Assembly (NCBI GenBank): GCA_046155425.1 | Contig: JBJXFM010000485.1 | Span: forward strand, 1 to 59,782 | DNA: 59,782 nt | Origin: Blastocatellia bacterium | GTDB taxonomy: Bacteria > Acidobacteriota > Blastocatellia > RBC074 | Direction of reading: 5' to 3' | Shown here: one piece after another, positions 1 through 10,178 of the stretch | Layout: the number at the start of each line of letters is the position of its first letter | How positions within the stretch are numbered: position 1 is the first letter of the stretch | The notes under the pieces: generated by a model | Told to the model about the DNA's origin: nothing | Database searches by the model: none | The model's input: only the letters and a program-made list of their open reading frames with translations | Program-made: the position numbers and the translations under genes

Positions 1-384
1 CAGGCGCGTGCCGCCGCTGAGCATCTGCGCGCCGACGATGACTGTCATCATCAGGGCCGCCACGCCAATGCCCAGCCAGACATCGCGTCCCCAGCCGCGA
101 TAAAACCCGAAGCCCAGTTCCCGCACGCTCTTTTTTTCCAGCAGGCGCAAACACAGCCACGCCGCGAACACCAGCCAGATGTTCATCAGCGCATACGACA
201 GAATCATGTCCAGCGTTGGTTCAAAGGCCTGGCCGGGTTTCGCGCTGTCCGCGCCGGTTCCCGCGCCCGAGAGCAACGCGAGCATGGTGTACGGCGTGAC
301 GAGCAACAGCATGTAAATCAGCGCGCGCCAGCCGCCGCGCAGGAGGCCGTTTGCGGGATTGATGAAAAGCGATTCGGGATTCAT
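1..384 (-). CDS. hypothetical polytopic membrane protein, N-terminal part only (gene runs off the left edge); CPBP-type protease is only a weak guess
   Basis: Own minus-strand translation from ATG at 384-382: MNPESLFINPANGLLRGGWRALIYMLLLVTPYTMLALL...LGFGFYRGWGRDVWLGIGVAALMMTVIVGA. It has several hydrophobic spans. The start overlaps the stop of the upstream GH57 gene (ATGA). It is absent from the ORF track because it is truncated. Confidence 0.5.
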   Translation of the reverse strand, partial: MNPESLFINPANGLLRGGWRALIYMLLLVTPYTMLALLSGAGTGADSAKPGQAFEPTLDMILSYALMNIWLVFAAWLCLRLLEKKSVRELGFGFYRGWGRDVWLGIGVAALMMTVIVGAQMLSGGTRL

Positions 385-1982
385 GCCTGACCGGGGTTGT
401 AAACGCGGTAATCGAGTTCCTGAAAGATCGTGTCGCGGCTTTCGACGCCGGCCAGCCAGGCCGTGTCGATGCGGTTGCCGAGGATCATTTCATAGAGTTC
501 GGTAAAGCGGTGGATGTGGTTCCGGAAACGTTTGATCGCGTATTCCGACATCGTTCCGGTGGTGATGATAAAGGCCCAGTCCGAGGATTGCGCCAGCAAC
601 AGTTCGCGCGCCGCCTGATTCAGCGCGCGTTCGAGGTCGCCGGCGGCGGCGGGGAATCTGGCGGCCAGCTCGACCATGCGCTGTTCGGCGACGGACTGAT
701 GCAGGTACATCCAGTTGGTCTGATGATTGATCCAGACACGGTTGTACCCCTCGGCGCCCCACGAAGAGGCCGAGGGCGTTTGTGTCTGGTTGTCGGGATA
801 AATGTCCAGATAATCGATCGGCGAGATCATCTGTATTTCATCCTGGTCGTAATGCTGTTTTTTGAACAGATGAAACAGAAACTGCGGGCCTTCGAACCAC
901 CAGTGGCCGAACAGCTCGGCGTCATAGGGCGCGAGAATCAGCGGCGCGCGGCCGAGTTGCTGACGCAGGTGTCGCGCCTGTGCCTGGCGGTTGCCCAGGA
1001 AATTGCCCGCGTGCGCGGCGGCGCGTTCCCCCGCCCATTCGGGCACGTAAGGTTCTTTCTCGTGCAGCTGGACCTTGCCGGTGATGCGGTGATATTTGAA
1101 TCCGGTGTTGCGGCGCACGCCGTCGTCATGGAGATATGGTTTGATGTAATCGTAATCGGCGGCGTCATAACCGAGGTCGCGGTAAAACTCGCGGTACAGC
1201 GGATCGCCCGGATAACCGGTTTCCGAGCTCCAGACCTGTTCGCTGGTTTCGGAATCACGGGCGAACACGGCGACACCTGCCGGCGTGATGACGGGCGCGT
1301 GGATGCCACGGCGCGGGCGCGGCGCGCCATAGAGGATCGCGTGTGCATCGGCGATGAAAAATTGTATGCCGGCTTCGCGCAGATATTTGTCATCGCCCGG
1401 GCCAAAGGCGCATTCGGCCAGCCAGATGCCGCGCGGGTCGCGGCCAAAATGTTTCTGGTAATTGGTTTTGGCGATCTGAATCTGCGCGCGTTTGACGGTT
1501 TCATTGGCCATCAGCGGCAGGAAACCGTGCGTCGCGCCGCAGGTAATGATTTCGAGGACACCCGCGTCCTGCAACTCGCGGAATCCGCGAATGATGTTGC
1601 GCTGGTAGCGGTTCTCGAACACCTCGCGGCATTCGTTGAAATGCCGGCGGTACATCAGCGCGGCGGAATGAAAATCCGGCGCGGCTGTTTTTGTGCGCGC
1701 AACCTCGAGTTCCGCCAGTTCGCACAGTTTGTCGAGATGCCGCGCGTACCGCTGCTGCAACAGCGGGTCGCCGAGCATTTCGCACAGCGGCGGCGTCATG
1801 GACATGGTCAGACGAAACCGCACGCCCTCGTCGAGCAGGGTATTGAACGCGACCAGCAACGGGAGATAGGTCTCGCTGATGGCCTCGTAAAGCCAGTCTT
1901 CTTCGAGGAAATCGTCATATTCCGGATGCCGCACAAAAGGCAGATGCGCGTGCAACACGAGGCTCAGATATCCGGCTGTCAT
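381..1982 (-). CDS. glycoside hydrolase family 57 protein (GH57 alpha-glucan branching-enzyme type)
   Basis: 533-aa ORF. The N-terminus GYLSLVLHAHLPFVRHPEYDDFLEEDWLYEAISETYLPLL and its length are typical of GH57 branching enzymes. Confidence 0.85.
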   Translation of the reverse strand: MTAGYLSLVLHAHLPFVRHPEYDDFLEEDWLYEAISETYLPLLVAFNTLLDEGVRFRLTMSMTPPLCEMLGDPLLQQRYARHLDKLCELAELEVARTKTAAPDFHSAALMYRRHFNECREVFENRYQRNIIRGFRELQDAGVLEIITCGATHGFLPLMANETVKRAQIQIAKTNYQKHFGRDPRGIWLAECAFGPGDDKYLREAGIQFFIADAHAILYGAPRPRRGIHAPVITPAGVAVFARDSETSEQVWSSETGYPGDPLYREFYRDLGYDAADYDYIKPYLHDDGVRRNTGFKYHRITGKVQLHEKEPYVPEWAGERAAAHAGNFLGNRQAQARHLRQQLGRAPLILAPYDAELFGHWWFEGPQFLFHLFKKQHYDQDEIQMISPIDYLDIYPDNQTQTPSASSWGAEGYNRVWINHQTNWMYLHQSVAEQRMVELAARFPAAAGDLERALNQAARELLLAQSSDWAFIITTGTMSEYAIKRFRNHIHRFTELYEMILGNRIDTAWLAGVESRDTIFQELDYRVYNPGQA

Positions 1983-2148
1983 ATGGGTAGTGAATTGCGA
2001 TCTGGATTGAATAGGCGCCTGGGATAAACGTGGCGCTGGCGATACAGACTGTCAGGCGCTGACCCGACGGTTTCATAATGCCGCTTGCGTCACGCCACGG
2101 CAAGGCAGGGCGCGCGGGCGCGGCTGTTTTTGCGGGTGTCGCGCCTTC

Positions 2149-2463
2149 TTACTCTTCTTCCATGGTGCAGAGCAGGGGATATTCGCTGGCGCGGGCGAGG
2201 TTGTGGACTTTGTCGATCCTGGCTTCGGCGACTTCGTGGGTGTACACACCGGCGACACCGAGACCCTGCTGATGGACGGCCATCATGATGGTGAAGGCGT
2301 CGGTGTCGGATTTATGAAAGATGGTTTTCAGGATGAACATGACAAATTCCATGGTCGTGTAATCGTCATTGTGCAGCAGGACCTTGTACAGCGGCGGTTT
2401 CTGGACCTTTTGCTTGCTCTCGGTGACGACCGAGCCATCATTTTCATCTTCCCATTCAGGCAT
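2149..2463 (-). CDS. clpS: ATP-dependent Clp protease adaptor ClpS
   Basis: 104 aa. PPLYKVLLHNDDYTTMEFVMFILKTIFHKS...AFTIMMAVHQQGLGVAGVYTHEVAE is the conserved ClpS core. Confidence 0.9.
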   Translation of the reverse strand: MPEWEDENDGSVVTESKQKVQKPPLYKVLLHNDDYTTMEFVMFILKTIFHKSDTDAFTIMMAVHQQGLGVAGVYTHEVAEARIDKVHNLARASEYPLLCTMEEE

Positions 2464-2538
2464 ACCGGCAGATCAGCCCTGGTTGATATTCGCGCGCGAA
2501 GCGGATTGTTTCACGAGAATGGCATGCTATCACACCTG

Positions 2539-5500
2539 TCATGGTTTCTCCGTGGCTGGCGGAGCTTTCTGCCCGGATTCTTCTTTGGGCGCGAGGGCTT
2601 TGAACGCGGGCAGGTCGGCGAGTGATTTGAAATCCGGGTTTTCCAGCGACGCGCGCAGATATTCGGAGAGCTCGATGGCGCGTTTGAGGGTGGCGACGGC
2701 TTCGCGTTTGCGGCCCGCCAGGGCGAGGACACGCGCGCGTTCAAAATGCGCGGCGGCGTTTTCGCGGTCCAGCTTCACCGCCTGGGCGGCGGCGGCAAGG
2801 GCGAGCGGGTACTGCCGCAACTGGCGATGGAGGCTGGTGATGATTTTGTAATCGCCGGATTCCGGGCCGAGGGCGACCACGCGCCGCATGGTTTTCAGCG
2901 CCGCGTCGACGTGGTCCTGCATATCCTGACAATGCGCCAGCAGCCGCAATCCCTCTTTGTGACCCGCGAGCTCTTTGGGAAAAGCGAGCAACAGCTTTTC
3001 CACCCGCGGGTACATTTCCTCTTCGGCTTCATCGGTGAGGACCTCCGTATCGAAACCCAGTGAACTGAAAACATCGTCGAGTTCCTGTTTTTGCCCGGCC
3101 ATTTGTCCGGTGGCGGCGCGGAATGTGTCACGCAGGGCGCCGACGGCCTTGTCGTGCAGGTCGTTCCAGAGCAGGAAGGAAACGAGGCGGATCTGCTGAT
3201 CGATGTGGGCGTCGCGTTTGCTGGCTTCGCGGTACGCCGCCTCGGCCTCGGGCAGTTTGTCCATGCGCGCGAGCACGGCGCCCATTTCCTGGTGCGGGCG
3301 CGGGTCGCGCGGCGCCAGTTGCGCGTACCGTTGCAGGGGCGCAAGGGATTTTTCCCCTGTGTCCTCGTCGTTGTCGTAATGATCGCCCAGCGCGCGCCAG
3401 GCCGGCGCGTAATCGGGCCAGCGCGTGGTGATCGACAACAGCAATGTTTCGACGGGGCCTGGCGATTTGGGAGCGGCGATGACCGGCGCCTCAGTGTCTG
3501 TTTTTTTCTCTTCTTTTTTCTCCTCCGGGCCGGCGGATTTTTCCGTGGCCTTTTCCGCTGCCTGCTGGCGTTCGGATTCCTCGAAATTCAGTTTTGTTTC
3601 CAGCAGGCGGGTTTTCATCAGCAACAGTGGCGCGCTTTCGCCCGTGCGCGCGATCAGTTGTTCCAGTTGCGCAAGGGCTTTTTCCGGATCGATGAAACGC
3701 CGGGCCATGATCCTTGCCGGGTCCTGCCCCGGTGTCAGGGCAGCGCGCAGCGGGTCGCCGAGCAGGGAAGGATAGCCATCGAGGTCCTCGACTTCGGTGA
3801 TGTACCAGGCGCCGTCACGCTGGCTGAGATGAAATCTGAATAATTCCTGCCCCAGCCGTGCGAGGGTGATGACGCGGCCCGCGCTGGTTTCCTGATGCAG
3901 CAGGTGTGGTTCGGCCCATTCCCAGTCGCCGGTCCATTTCTGGTTCAGGTCGCCAACGGCGCGGTCAAAGGCGGCGATCACGGCGGCGCGTGGTTTTTCA
4001 TCGAGCGCCGCGAATTTCCCCGCGCCCAGCGCCTGTTCGATGGCCAGTCCGGCGTCAAAGGCCAGCGCGCGCATGGAGGCCGCGTCCGCCGCGCCGATTT
4101 CCCGGACAAGGCGCGCCGGGTCACGCTGAAAATCCGCGACCGTCGCGCGTGTTTCCAGCACTTCCAGATTCACCTGGCCGAGGATCGTGTATTCGATAAA
4201 ACCATCGTCGGCGAAACGCAGGTGCGTCGCGTCCACATAATCCGGCAGGCCCCAGGTGGGATCGAGCTCGACCCATTTCCCCAGCCAGATTTCCACCCAG
4301 GCGTGCGCGCCGAACGATCCGCCGCTGTAAGCCAGGCCGGAGACCACGCGCGCGGGCAGGCCAAGGGCACGGGCCATGGCCGTGTACAGTTCCGCGTGTT
4401 CCAGACAATCGGCTTCGCGCGAGGCCAGCGTCTGCGCGCTGGTGCTGTTGACGCGTTTCCATTTGAGGTTGGTGTGTGTCCATTCGGCGAGCTTGCGCGA
4501 GACACTACGGCCATCCCGATCCTTGCCGGCGATTTCCCGGGCCAGTTTGACGACCTCGGGCGCGTCCGTATTGATGCGCGGCGTCGCCTGCAGATATTCG
4601 CGAAATTCCGGCGCGGCGACCGGCAGTCTGGTGGTCAGCCCCGCCGGCATGCGCCGCGCGGTGTTGCGATAAACCAGCGCGCCGTCGGCGCCGGCCGTTT
4701 CGACGGTGTGCCAGGCAAAAGGCGTAATGTCCTCGCGAATGCGCGGCGTCAGGCCCGGTTCCCTGGTCGTGACTTTCAGGCGCAGCGATTCCATGCGCGT
4801 GGGTTGCAGGATGTTCAGGCCGCGCGGGGTGATCAGGGCGTTCAGCAGGTCGATTTCGCCGTTTTTCGGCCCGGCGCTGCCAACGGTGTAGCGGCCCTCG
4901 CGGCCAAAGGACAGCGACAGCGCGGCGTCAAGGGCGACCTCACCGGATGTTTCGGCGCGCGCGGCGACCCAGGCGCGCTGGCTGTGAAAGGCATGCATCA
5001 TGGCGCTGATGACATTGAGCATGCGCAGCGAGTTTTCATCCTTGCCAGCGACCTTGCGCGCCTCGGCAAAGGCCGCGTCGATGCTGTATGTGGCGAACAG
5101 CGCGAGTTGGGCGGGCGTGCCCTCGATGGCCCGCTGGTAATCGCGCGTGGCGGCGAACTTTTCCTTTTCCTCGAGCAGTTTCAGCGTGGCGACACTGTCG
5201 GCGAAAACCAGATATTCATCCGTCACAGTGAAATGCAGCGATTCGCTCATGGGCGGCAGCGTGGCGACGGGGCCGCCGAAGGCCGTGGCGTCTTTGACCA
5301 TGACCGCGCTGGTGAATAATTTTCCGGCGCGGAACTGGCGGGCGGCCTCGCCGTCTTTCAGCCGCGCGGCCAGAACAAAGGAGGGGGTGGCGTTTTCATC
5401 CTTGGAAAAGACCGATGACAGGCTGAGCAGGGCGGCGGCCATTTCGCCCTGCAGGCGGGGCATCAGATTCTGTTTCATCTCGCTGTCGAGCTGTTTCGCC

Positions 5501-8466
5501 GCAGCTTTTTGGTCCGCCGTCTTTTGTTCCTCATCCGGATCGGACAGGCGCGTTTCCAGCGTCTCCATGGCTTTCCAGAGTTTTTCCGGCGCGAGCACGG
5601 CGCCGGCGTACAGAATGGCGGACCGCGGCAGCAACTCGCGCGGTATGGCCAGATCGCGCGCGGCGAAAGGACGCAGGCTGCCGACCCAGTCGTTGTCCTT
5701 CATGCGCAGTGTGAACTTTGTTTCCCAGCTGGTCGGCAGCGATTCCGGCGCCTGCCGCAACGCGCCGCTTTCCGCGCCGAGGGCTTCGCCAGGGAATTCA
5801 AAAAAGACGTCCTCGGGCGCGCCGGGTTTGCTTTTTCCGGCCGCCGCCGGCGCTTTCACGGCCGGGGAAAACGTCAGGTCACCCAGCCGGCTGAAATACG
5901 TGATTTCCCCGGTCTGGTTTTGTGTCTGGCGAAACGATTCGTTTGCGGCGATGACGGGTTGCGCGGCGGCGCGGCCCAGCAGGTCCAGCAGGGATTCACG
6001 CGTGGGCGTGATCACCGCGGTGTCGCCCAGATACGCAATGTGCGTCCTTTCGCGCGCGACCACACCCGTCACCGAGAGGGTCATTTTTTCGACGATCGTG
6101 ACGGGCAGTGTTCCGATGCGTTCCTCACGCAGGAAGATGTCGGCGGGTCCCGTGCGGCGCGGCGAACGTTGCCCCGTTCCCGCCATCACGGACGCATCGT
6201 TGAGAGAAGCGGTCAGCAGCATCGGCACAATGGCGGGCAGGGCGCCGGCCATGCGTGTGATGACCGAGGTGGTGGTGACCAGCGAATCAAGCGAACCGAA
6301 TTGTTTCTGCCAGGTCGCCACCAGATGTTCGAGACGCGCGCGATCGCGAACACGCAGGATCAGCGCGCTGTGTGATTCGGTGGTCGCGCTTTTGCCGGGC
6401 TCGACCCATTGCGCCAGCGACAGCGGCGCGCCCAGATCAACGCCCGTCGCCGCGCTGACACTGTCCGTGGCCGCCGCGTTGAGCCAGCCGGACATCTGCG
6501 CCTTGTATGTATTGAGCAACAGCGCAAAGGTCATCTGGTCGCGCACGGTTTCCATCTGCACGCCGGAAAACGCGCGGTCCAGCCGCGCCAGCGTCTGTTC
6601 GAAACGCGGCGCGCTGACATAGAGGTAGGAATGACCGGGAAAGAGTTTTTCACCGGTGGTCGGTGTGTTGGCGAATTGCGCCGGATCGGGCGCGAGGTTC
6701 GCGAAGGCAGTCGCGGGTTCACGGTACGCGAGCATGGCGTCGGCCCAGTCAGCGACCTGTGATTTGCGCGCGTCCTGCAGGACACCCTGTCGTTTCGCGT
6801 CGTTTCGCGCGTTGGCGTATGCCGCGCGAAACCGGATTTTTTCCATGGCGTCGCTGACCGCGCCGCGCACGAGGGCCAGGCGCAGGGATTCCGGCAGGTG
6901 GCGGAACGAAGCGGTGTATTCGCCCACGCCCGGCGTGAAGGCGCTGGTCACCGTGCCCGCTGGTTTGGCGGGTGGCGTAAAGGTTGTCCGGCCGGCGCCG
7001 GCCTTTGATCCGGGCGCGGGCGGCGGTGGCGGCGGCGGATCCTTGTCAAATTTCGCGTCGATTTCCTTCAGCCGTTTTTCCAGCGCGGGCAGGCTGGCCG
7101 GCGCGCCGATGTCGCCCAGCATGCGCATGGCCGCGTATTCCGTCTCGCCTTTGGCAAGGGCCTGGACGGCGGGCAATGTGTCAGCGGTCTGTCTGCGCCG
7201 GACATTTTCGGCGAGCAGGGTGACGAGGCGTTCATCGCCGGCGAGCGACAGTTTCGCCAGCGGCAACAGCAGGCCGCGCAGGGGCAGGATCAGGGCGATC
7301 CGCAATCCGGCGGCGTTTTGCGCGGCGGTGTCCGCGCGAAGCAGTTCCTCAACCAGCGGGCGCGCCGTCTGTTCATCGAGCGCCGTGCACAGATGCAGCA
7401 GCGCGGTGGGGGAAGCGGCGAGGGCGTTCAATCCGGGCCTGACGGCGCTGAGCACGGCCGCGGCATGTTTTTCCGCCAGCAGATTCAGGGCGCGGGCGGC
7501 GACCGCGCTGGTGTAAGGAGCCGGGTCGCCAAGGACCCAGACCAGCGTGGCCATCGACAGTGTCAGCCCATCACCCGCGGGCAGGCGCGCCGCATGCTGG
7601 CCGAATGCCCACGCGGCGGCGGCGCGCACCTGCGGGTCACTGTCGGTCAGCATGTCCATCAGTGATTCCGGGAGTGATTCCGGCGCTTTACCGGTCCCGG
7701 CGCCCATGCCCATCAGTTCACGCATTTGCGCGGACACGTCGGCGTTTGTCTGGCCCCGGCGAATATCCGCGGCGAGCCGCAGGGCCATGGCGTCCCGCGC
7801 CGGATTCATTTGCGCGCCGGCATTCAGCGTGACGAGGCGCGCGCGCAGGGTTTCAAATTCGGTGTCCCAGTGCCCGGCCGCGGTGATGCGCGCGGACAAC
7901 ATGGCGCGCTTGAAATACGGCTCCCATTTCTCGAAAGCTTCCGCCGCGCCGGTCAGCAGGAACACATAGGCGCGCGGCCCGGATTGCGTGACCCAGAACA
8001 CCTGCCGCAGCTGTTGTCCGGAATCTTCCTCGCGTTCCAGCGCGATTTCGCGGGCATCCAGGCCGCCCAGCAAAACACGCCGCACGGTCATGGTCTCGAG
8101 GTTGACACGGACCTCGCGCAGGCCCTTCAACATGGCGGTGGTGTAATTGGCCACGCCATAGCCCTCGGGAATGTCCTCGGTCATGACCATGATGTTGGCG
8201 GCGTCACCCTCGCTGATGAGTTGCAACTGGCCCTTTTCCACCTTGTTTTCCCGCCAGCTGGCCGGACGCCAGAACGTCCAGCCTTTCTCCCTGTCGATGT
8301 GGCGGACATATTTGTCGGCGGGCAGGGCGTATCCCTCCCACTGCGCGGCGCGCGCCTCGGTTTTTCCCGTGTCCGGCGCATCCCGGGCGCGCACGGACAG
8401 GACGAACAGCGGACAGATGAACAACAGGGACGTGACGAACAGACAGGCGCGGAACCCTTGGCGCAT
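2539..8466 (-). CDS. giant secreted multidomain protein with HEAT-like repeats, transglutaminase-like core and C-terminal TPR repeats
   Basis: Uninterrupted 1975-codon ORF. Signal-like N-terminus MRQGFRACLFVTSLLFICPLFVLSVRA. HEAT-like DSDPQVRAAAAWAFGQ. Poly-Pro linker PPPPPPPAP. Transglutaminase Cys/His/Asp core SREADCLEHAELY...GAHAWVEIW...VELDPTWG (nt ~4255-4425). TPR-like helical repeats at the C-terminus (nt ~2540-3400). Confidence 0.85.
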   Translation of the reverse strand: MRQGFRACLFVTSLLFICPLFVLSVRARDAPDTGKTEARAAQWEGYALPADKYVRHIDREKGWTFWRPASWRENKVEKGQLQLISEGDAANIMVMTEDIPEGYGVANYTTAMLKGLREVRVNLETMTVRRVLLGGLDAREIALEREEDSGQQLRQVFWVTQSGPRAYVFLLTGAAEAFEKWEPYFKRAMLSARITAAGHWDTEFETLRARLVTLNAGAQMNPARDAMALRLAADIRRGQTNADVSAQMRELMGMGAGTGKAPESLPESLMDMLTDSDPQVRAAAAWAFGQHAARLPAGDGLTLSMATLVWVLGDPAPYTSAVAARALNLLAEKHAAAVLSAVRPGLNALAASPTALLHLCTALDEQTARPLVEELLRADTAAQNAAGLRIALILPLRGLLLPLAKLSLAGDERLVTLLAENVRRRQTADTLPAVQALAKGETEYAAMRMLGDIGAPASLPALEKRLKEIDAKFDKDPPPPPPPAPGSKAGAGRTTFTPPAKPAGTVTSAFTPGVGEYTASFRHLPESLRLALVRGAVSDAMEKIRFRAAYANARNDAKRQGVLQDARKSQVADWADAMLAYREPATAFANLAPDPAQFANTPTTGEKLFPGHSYLYVSAPRFEQTLARLDRAFSGVQMETVRDQMTFALLLNTYKAQMSGWLNAAATDSVSAATGVDLGAPLSLAQWVEPGKSATTESHSALILRVRDRARLEHLVATWQKQFGSLDSLVTTTSVITRMAGALPAIVPMLLTASLNDASVMAGTGQRSPRRTGPADIFLREERIGTLPVTIVEKMTLSVTGVVARERTHIAYLGDTAVITPTRESLLDLLGRAAAQPVIAANESFRQTQNQTGEITYFSRLGDLTFSPAVKAPAAAGKSKPGAPEDVFFEFPGEALGAESGALRQAPESLPTSWETKFTLRMKDNDWVGSLRPFAARDLAIPRELLPRSAILYAGAVLAPEKLWKAMETLETRLSDPDEEQKTADQKAAAKQLDSEMKQNLMPRLQGEMAAALLSLSSVFSKDENATPSFVLAARLKDGEAARQFRAGKLFTSAVMVKDATAFGGPVATLPPMSESLHFTVTDEYLVFADSVATLKLLEEKEKFAATRDYQRAIEGTPAQLALFATYSIDAAFAEARKVAGKDENSLRMLNVISAMMHAFHSQRAWVAARAETSGEVALDAALSLSFGREGRYTVGSAGPKNGEIDLLNALITPRGLNILQPTRMESLRLKVTTREPGLTPRIREDITPFAWHTVETAGADGALVYRNTARRMPAGLTTRLPVAAPEFREYLQATPRINTDAPEVVKLAREIAGKDRDGRSVSRKLAEWTHTNLKWKRVNSTSAQTLASREADCLEHAELYTAMARALGLPARVVSGLAYSGGSFGAHAWVEIWLGKWVELDPTWGLPDYVDATHLRFADDGFIEYTILGQVNLEVLETRATVADFQRDPARLVREIGAADAASMRALAFDAGLAIEQALGAGKFAALDEKPRAAVIAAFDRAVGDLNQKWTGDWEWAEPHLLHQETSAGRVITLARLGQELFRFHLSQRDGAWYITEVEDLDGYPSLLGDPLRAALTPGQDPARIMARRFIDPEKALAQLEQLIARTGESAPLLLMKTRLLETKLNFEESERQQAAEKATEKSAGPEEKKEEKKTDTEAPVIAAPKSPGPVETLLLSITTRWPDYAPAWRALGDHYDNDEDTGEKSLAPLQRYAQLAPRDPRPHQEMGAVLARMDKLPEAEAAYREASKRDAHIDQQIRLVSFLLWNDLHDKAVGALRDTFRAATGQMAGQKQELDDVFSSLGFDTEVLTDEAEEEMYPRVEKLLLAFPKELAGHKEGLRLLAHCQDMQDHVDAALKTMRRVVALGPESGDYKIITSLHRQLRQYPLALAAAAQAVKLDRENAAAHFERARVLALAGRKREAVATLKRAIELSEYLRASLENPDFKSLADLPAFKALAPKEESGQKAPPATEKP

Positions 8467-8591
8467 AGGTATACCTCAATGGAAATACAACAGATCCGGA
8501 GAACCCGGATGCAGGGGACGATGGGAGAGTAGACAGGGTCGGGCAGGGCGAGAATACGCCAGGCGTGGCGGGAAATTCAATGCGCGGCGGG

Positions 8592-9239
8592 TTATTTGAC
8601 CGGCAGTTTTTCGCCGAGGAGGACATCGGGCGGAAAACCATGAATATTGAAAAACGCCTTGATTTCCGCGCCCATTTCCCGCGCTTCCTGGTACTGCATC
8701 ACGGGACCGTAATCGCGGCGGTCGGCGATCACGCCCCATGCCTCGATGCCCAGCGAGTTGGCCAGGTACAGGGCGCGCGGCAGGTGAAATTCCTGGGTGA
8801 CGAGCAACGCGCGGCGCACGCCGAAAATGTCGCGCGCGCGCAGGCAGGTTTCATACGTCGAACGGCCGGCGTAATCGAGGATGATGTGTTCCGCCGCGAC
8901 CGCGCGTTCGAGCAGCGCGTCCCGCATGGCCCGCGGTTCGTTGTAACTGGCTTCGCGATTGTCACCGGACACGAGAATGCGATCCACCTTGCCGGCGGCA
9001 TAGAGCGTGGCGGCCGTGCGCACGCGATCCTCGAGCATGGGCGAGGGAGAACCGTCGCTGTACACACCCGCGCCAAAGACGATGGCCACACGGGGCGCGG
9101 GCCATGCGCTGGTTTCCGCCCGCGTGGGTGTCACCAGACGCTGGTCGTAGCGGTGCACACGGTGATGCAGCAGCCAGAGGCCCGCCAGGACGGCGAGCAG
9201 CAGCGACACGACAATTCCAGAAAAGCGGCGGCGGTTCAT
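8592..9239 (-). CDS. SanA/YdcF (DUF218) family protein with N-terminal membrane anchor
   Basis: 215 aa. N-terminal TM (IVVSLLLAVLAGLWLL), then ILVSGDNREASYNEPRAMRDALL...LLVTQEFHLPRALYLA, typical of DUF218/SanA. Confidence 0.7.
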   Translation of the reverse strand: MNRRRFSGIVVSLLLAVLAGLWLLHHRVHRYDQRLVTPTRAETSAWPAPRVAIVFGAGVYSDGSPSPMLEDRVRTAATLYAAGKVDRILVSGDNREASYNEPRAMRDALLERAVAAEHIILDYAGRSTYETCLRARDIFGVRRALLVTQEFHLPRALYLANSLGIEAWGVIADRRDYGPVMQYQEAREMGAEIKAFFNIHGFPPDVLLGEKLPVK

Positions 9240-9537
9240 AACAATAGTGGCACAGGCGATAAAACAGACAACAGGCTAATCAAACTATTCGCCACGTGTG
9301 GCTGTCAAGCAACCGGGCCGTCAGGCATGGCCCGACGGCTCATATGTCGGGGAGATGCTGGGCGCGGTCCGGGCGAGGTGGTATACTGCACGCCCGTTTC
9401 GGGTTGTCCTGACAATGAAATTTTTTCGTTCCTGGCGTGGCCCGGGAAACGTATGGGACATGTGCGGCCACCACCGCGCCATTTGTGTCATACGTCCCTG
9501 CAGCGTGAACGCCACAACCCGAAAAAGGAGTTTTGCC

Positions 9538-10137
9538 ATGTTTTGTCCGAATTGTGGAAACCAGGCCAGTGAGGAAATTAAATTCTGCCGCCAGTGCGGC
9601 GCGAACCTGCGCGGCGTGCAGGAGGCCATGACCGCGCGCCCCGGCAGCGGGAAGTTTGATCTCGGCAAAACCTGGCTGGCCGAGGCGCTCATGTCCCAGG
9701 AAGAGCTGGACCGCCGCAAGGGCATTACGCCGGAAATCAAACGCCTGCGGGAAATCAAGGCCGGTGTGATCACTTCGCTGGCCGGCGTCGGCGCCATGAT
9801 CTTTCTGTATTTTTTCCTGGGCGCCGTCGCGCAGCATGAGGGGCGCGACGCCGATATTGTGGGGCGCGTCTGGCTGGCCGGTCTGGTTCCGTTTCTGATT
9901 GGCCTCGGCCTGATTTTCAACGGCATGGTCATTGGCCGCCGCCTTGCCCGCCTCCAGGAAGAGCAGTTGCAGAAAAAGCTGCCTGTGGATGTGCCCGGCC
10001 AGATCTCCGCGCCCGGCCGGACAACCGATCAGTTGCAGGCGCCGCAGTTACGCCCCGCGGACAGTTTCAGCATTACCGATCAGACCACCGCGCACCTGGC
10101 CGAGCGCATACATGCGCAACCGCGCCGCGAAACCTGA
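9538..10137 (+). CDS. zinc-ribbon domain membrane protein
   Basis: The track ORF 9298-10137 is trimmed to the ATG at 9538, which is preceded by GAAAAAGGAG. The protein starts MFCPNCGNQASEEIKFCRQCGANL (double CxxC zinc ribbon) and has two hydrophobic helices downstream. Confidence 0.7.
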   Translation: MFCPNCGNQASEEIKFCRQCGANLRGVQEAMTARPGSGKFDLGKTWLAEALMSQEELDRRKGITPEIKRLREIKAGVITSLAGVGAMIFLYFFLGAVAQHEGRDADIVGRVWLAGLVPFLIGLGLIFNGMVIGRRLARLQEEQLQKKLPVDVPGQISAPGRTTDQLQAPQLRPADSFSITDQTTAHLAERIHAQPRRET

Positions 10138-10178
10138 TCGATCACCACAGCCCCTGTCTCAGAAGGGAATCCCGAGAT

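Noticed and set aside
510-2027. 505-aa plus-strand ORF covering the whole GH57 locus
   Set aside because: It is antisense to a gene with a clear GH57 signature. Its translation is Arg/Ala/Gly/Val-rich low-information sequence, typical of shadow ORFs in high-GC DNA, and there is no SD.
2028-2148. Possible terminator or small RNA between the GH57 start and the clpS stop
   Set aside because: The GC-rich segments (ggcgcgcgggcgcgg...gggtgtcgcgcc) do not form a convincing uninterrupted stem, and there is no U-run on the relevant strand.
3091-8532. Series of long plus-strand ORFs (for example 3895-5319, 5147-6622, 6656-7516, 7726-8532) inside the giant gene
   Set aside because: All are antisense to one uninterrupted 1975-codon ORF that carries recognisable transglutaminase, HEAT and TPR features. 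Their compositions (R/A/G/S/P-rich) are those of GC-driven shadow frames.
9298-9537. N-terminal 80-aa extension of the zinc-ribbon ORF
   Set aside because: The ATG at 9538 has a good SD (GAAAAAGGAG) and gives the same MFCxxCG N-terminus as the paralogue at 10179. The extension has no coding-like features.
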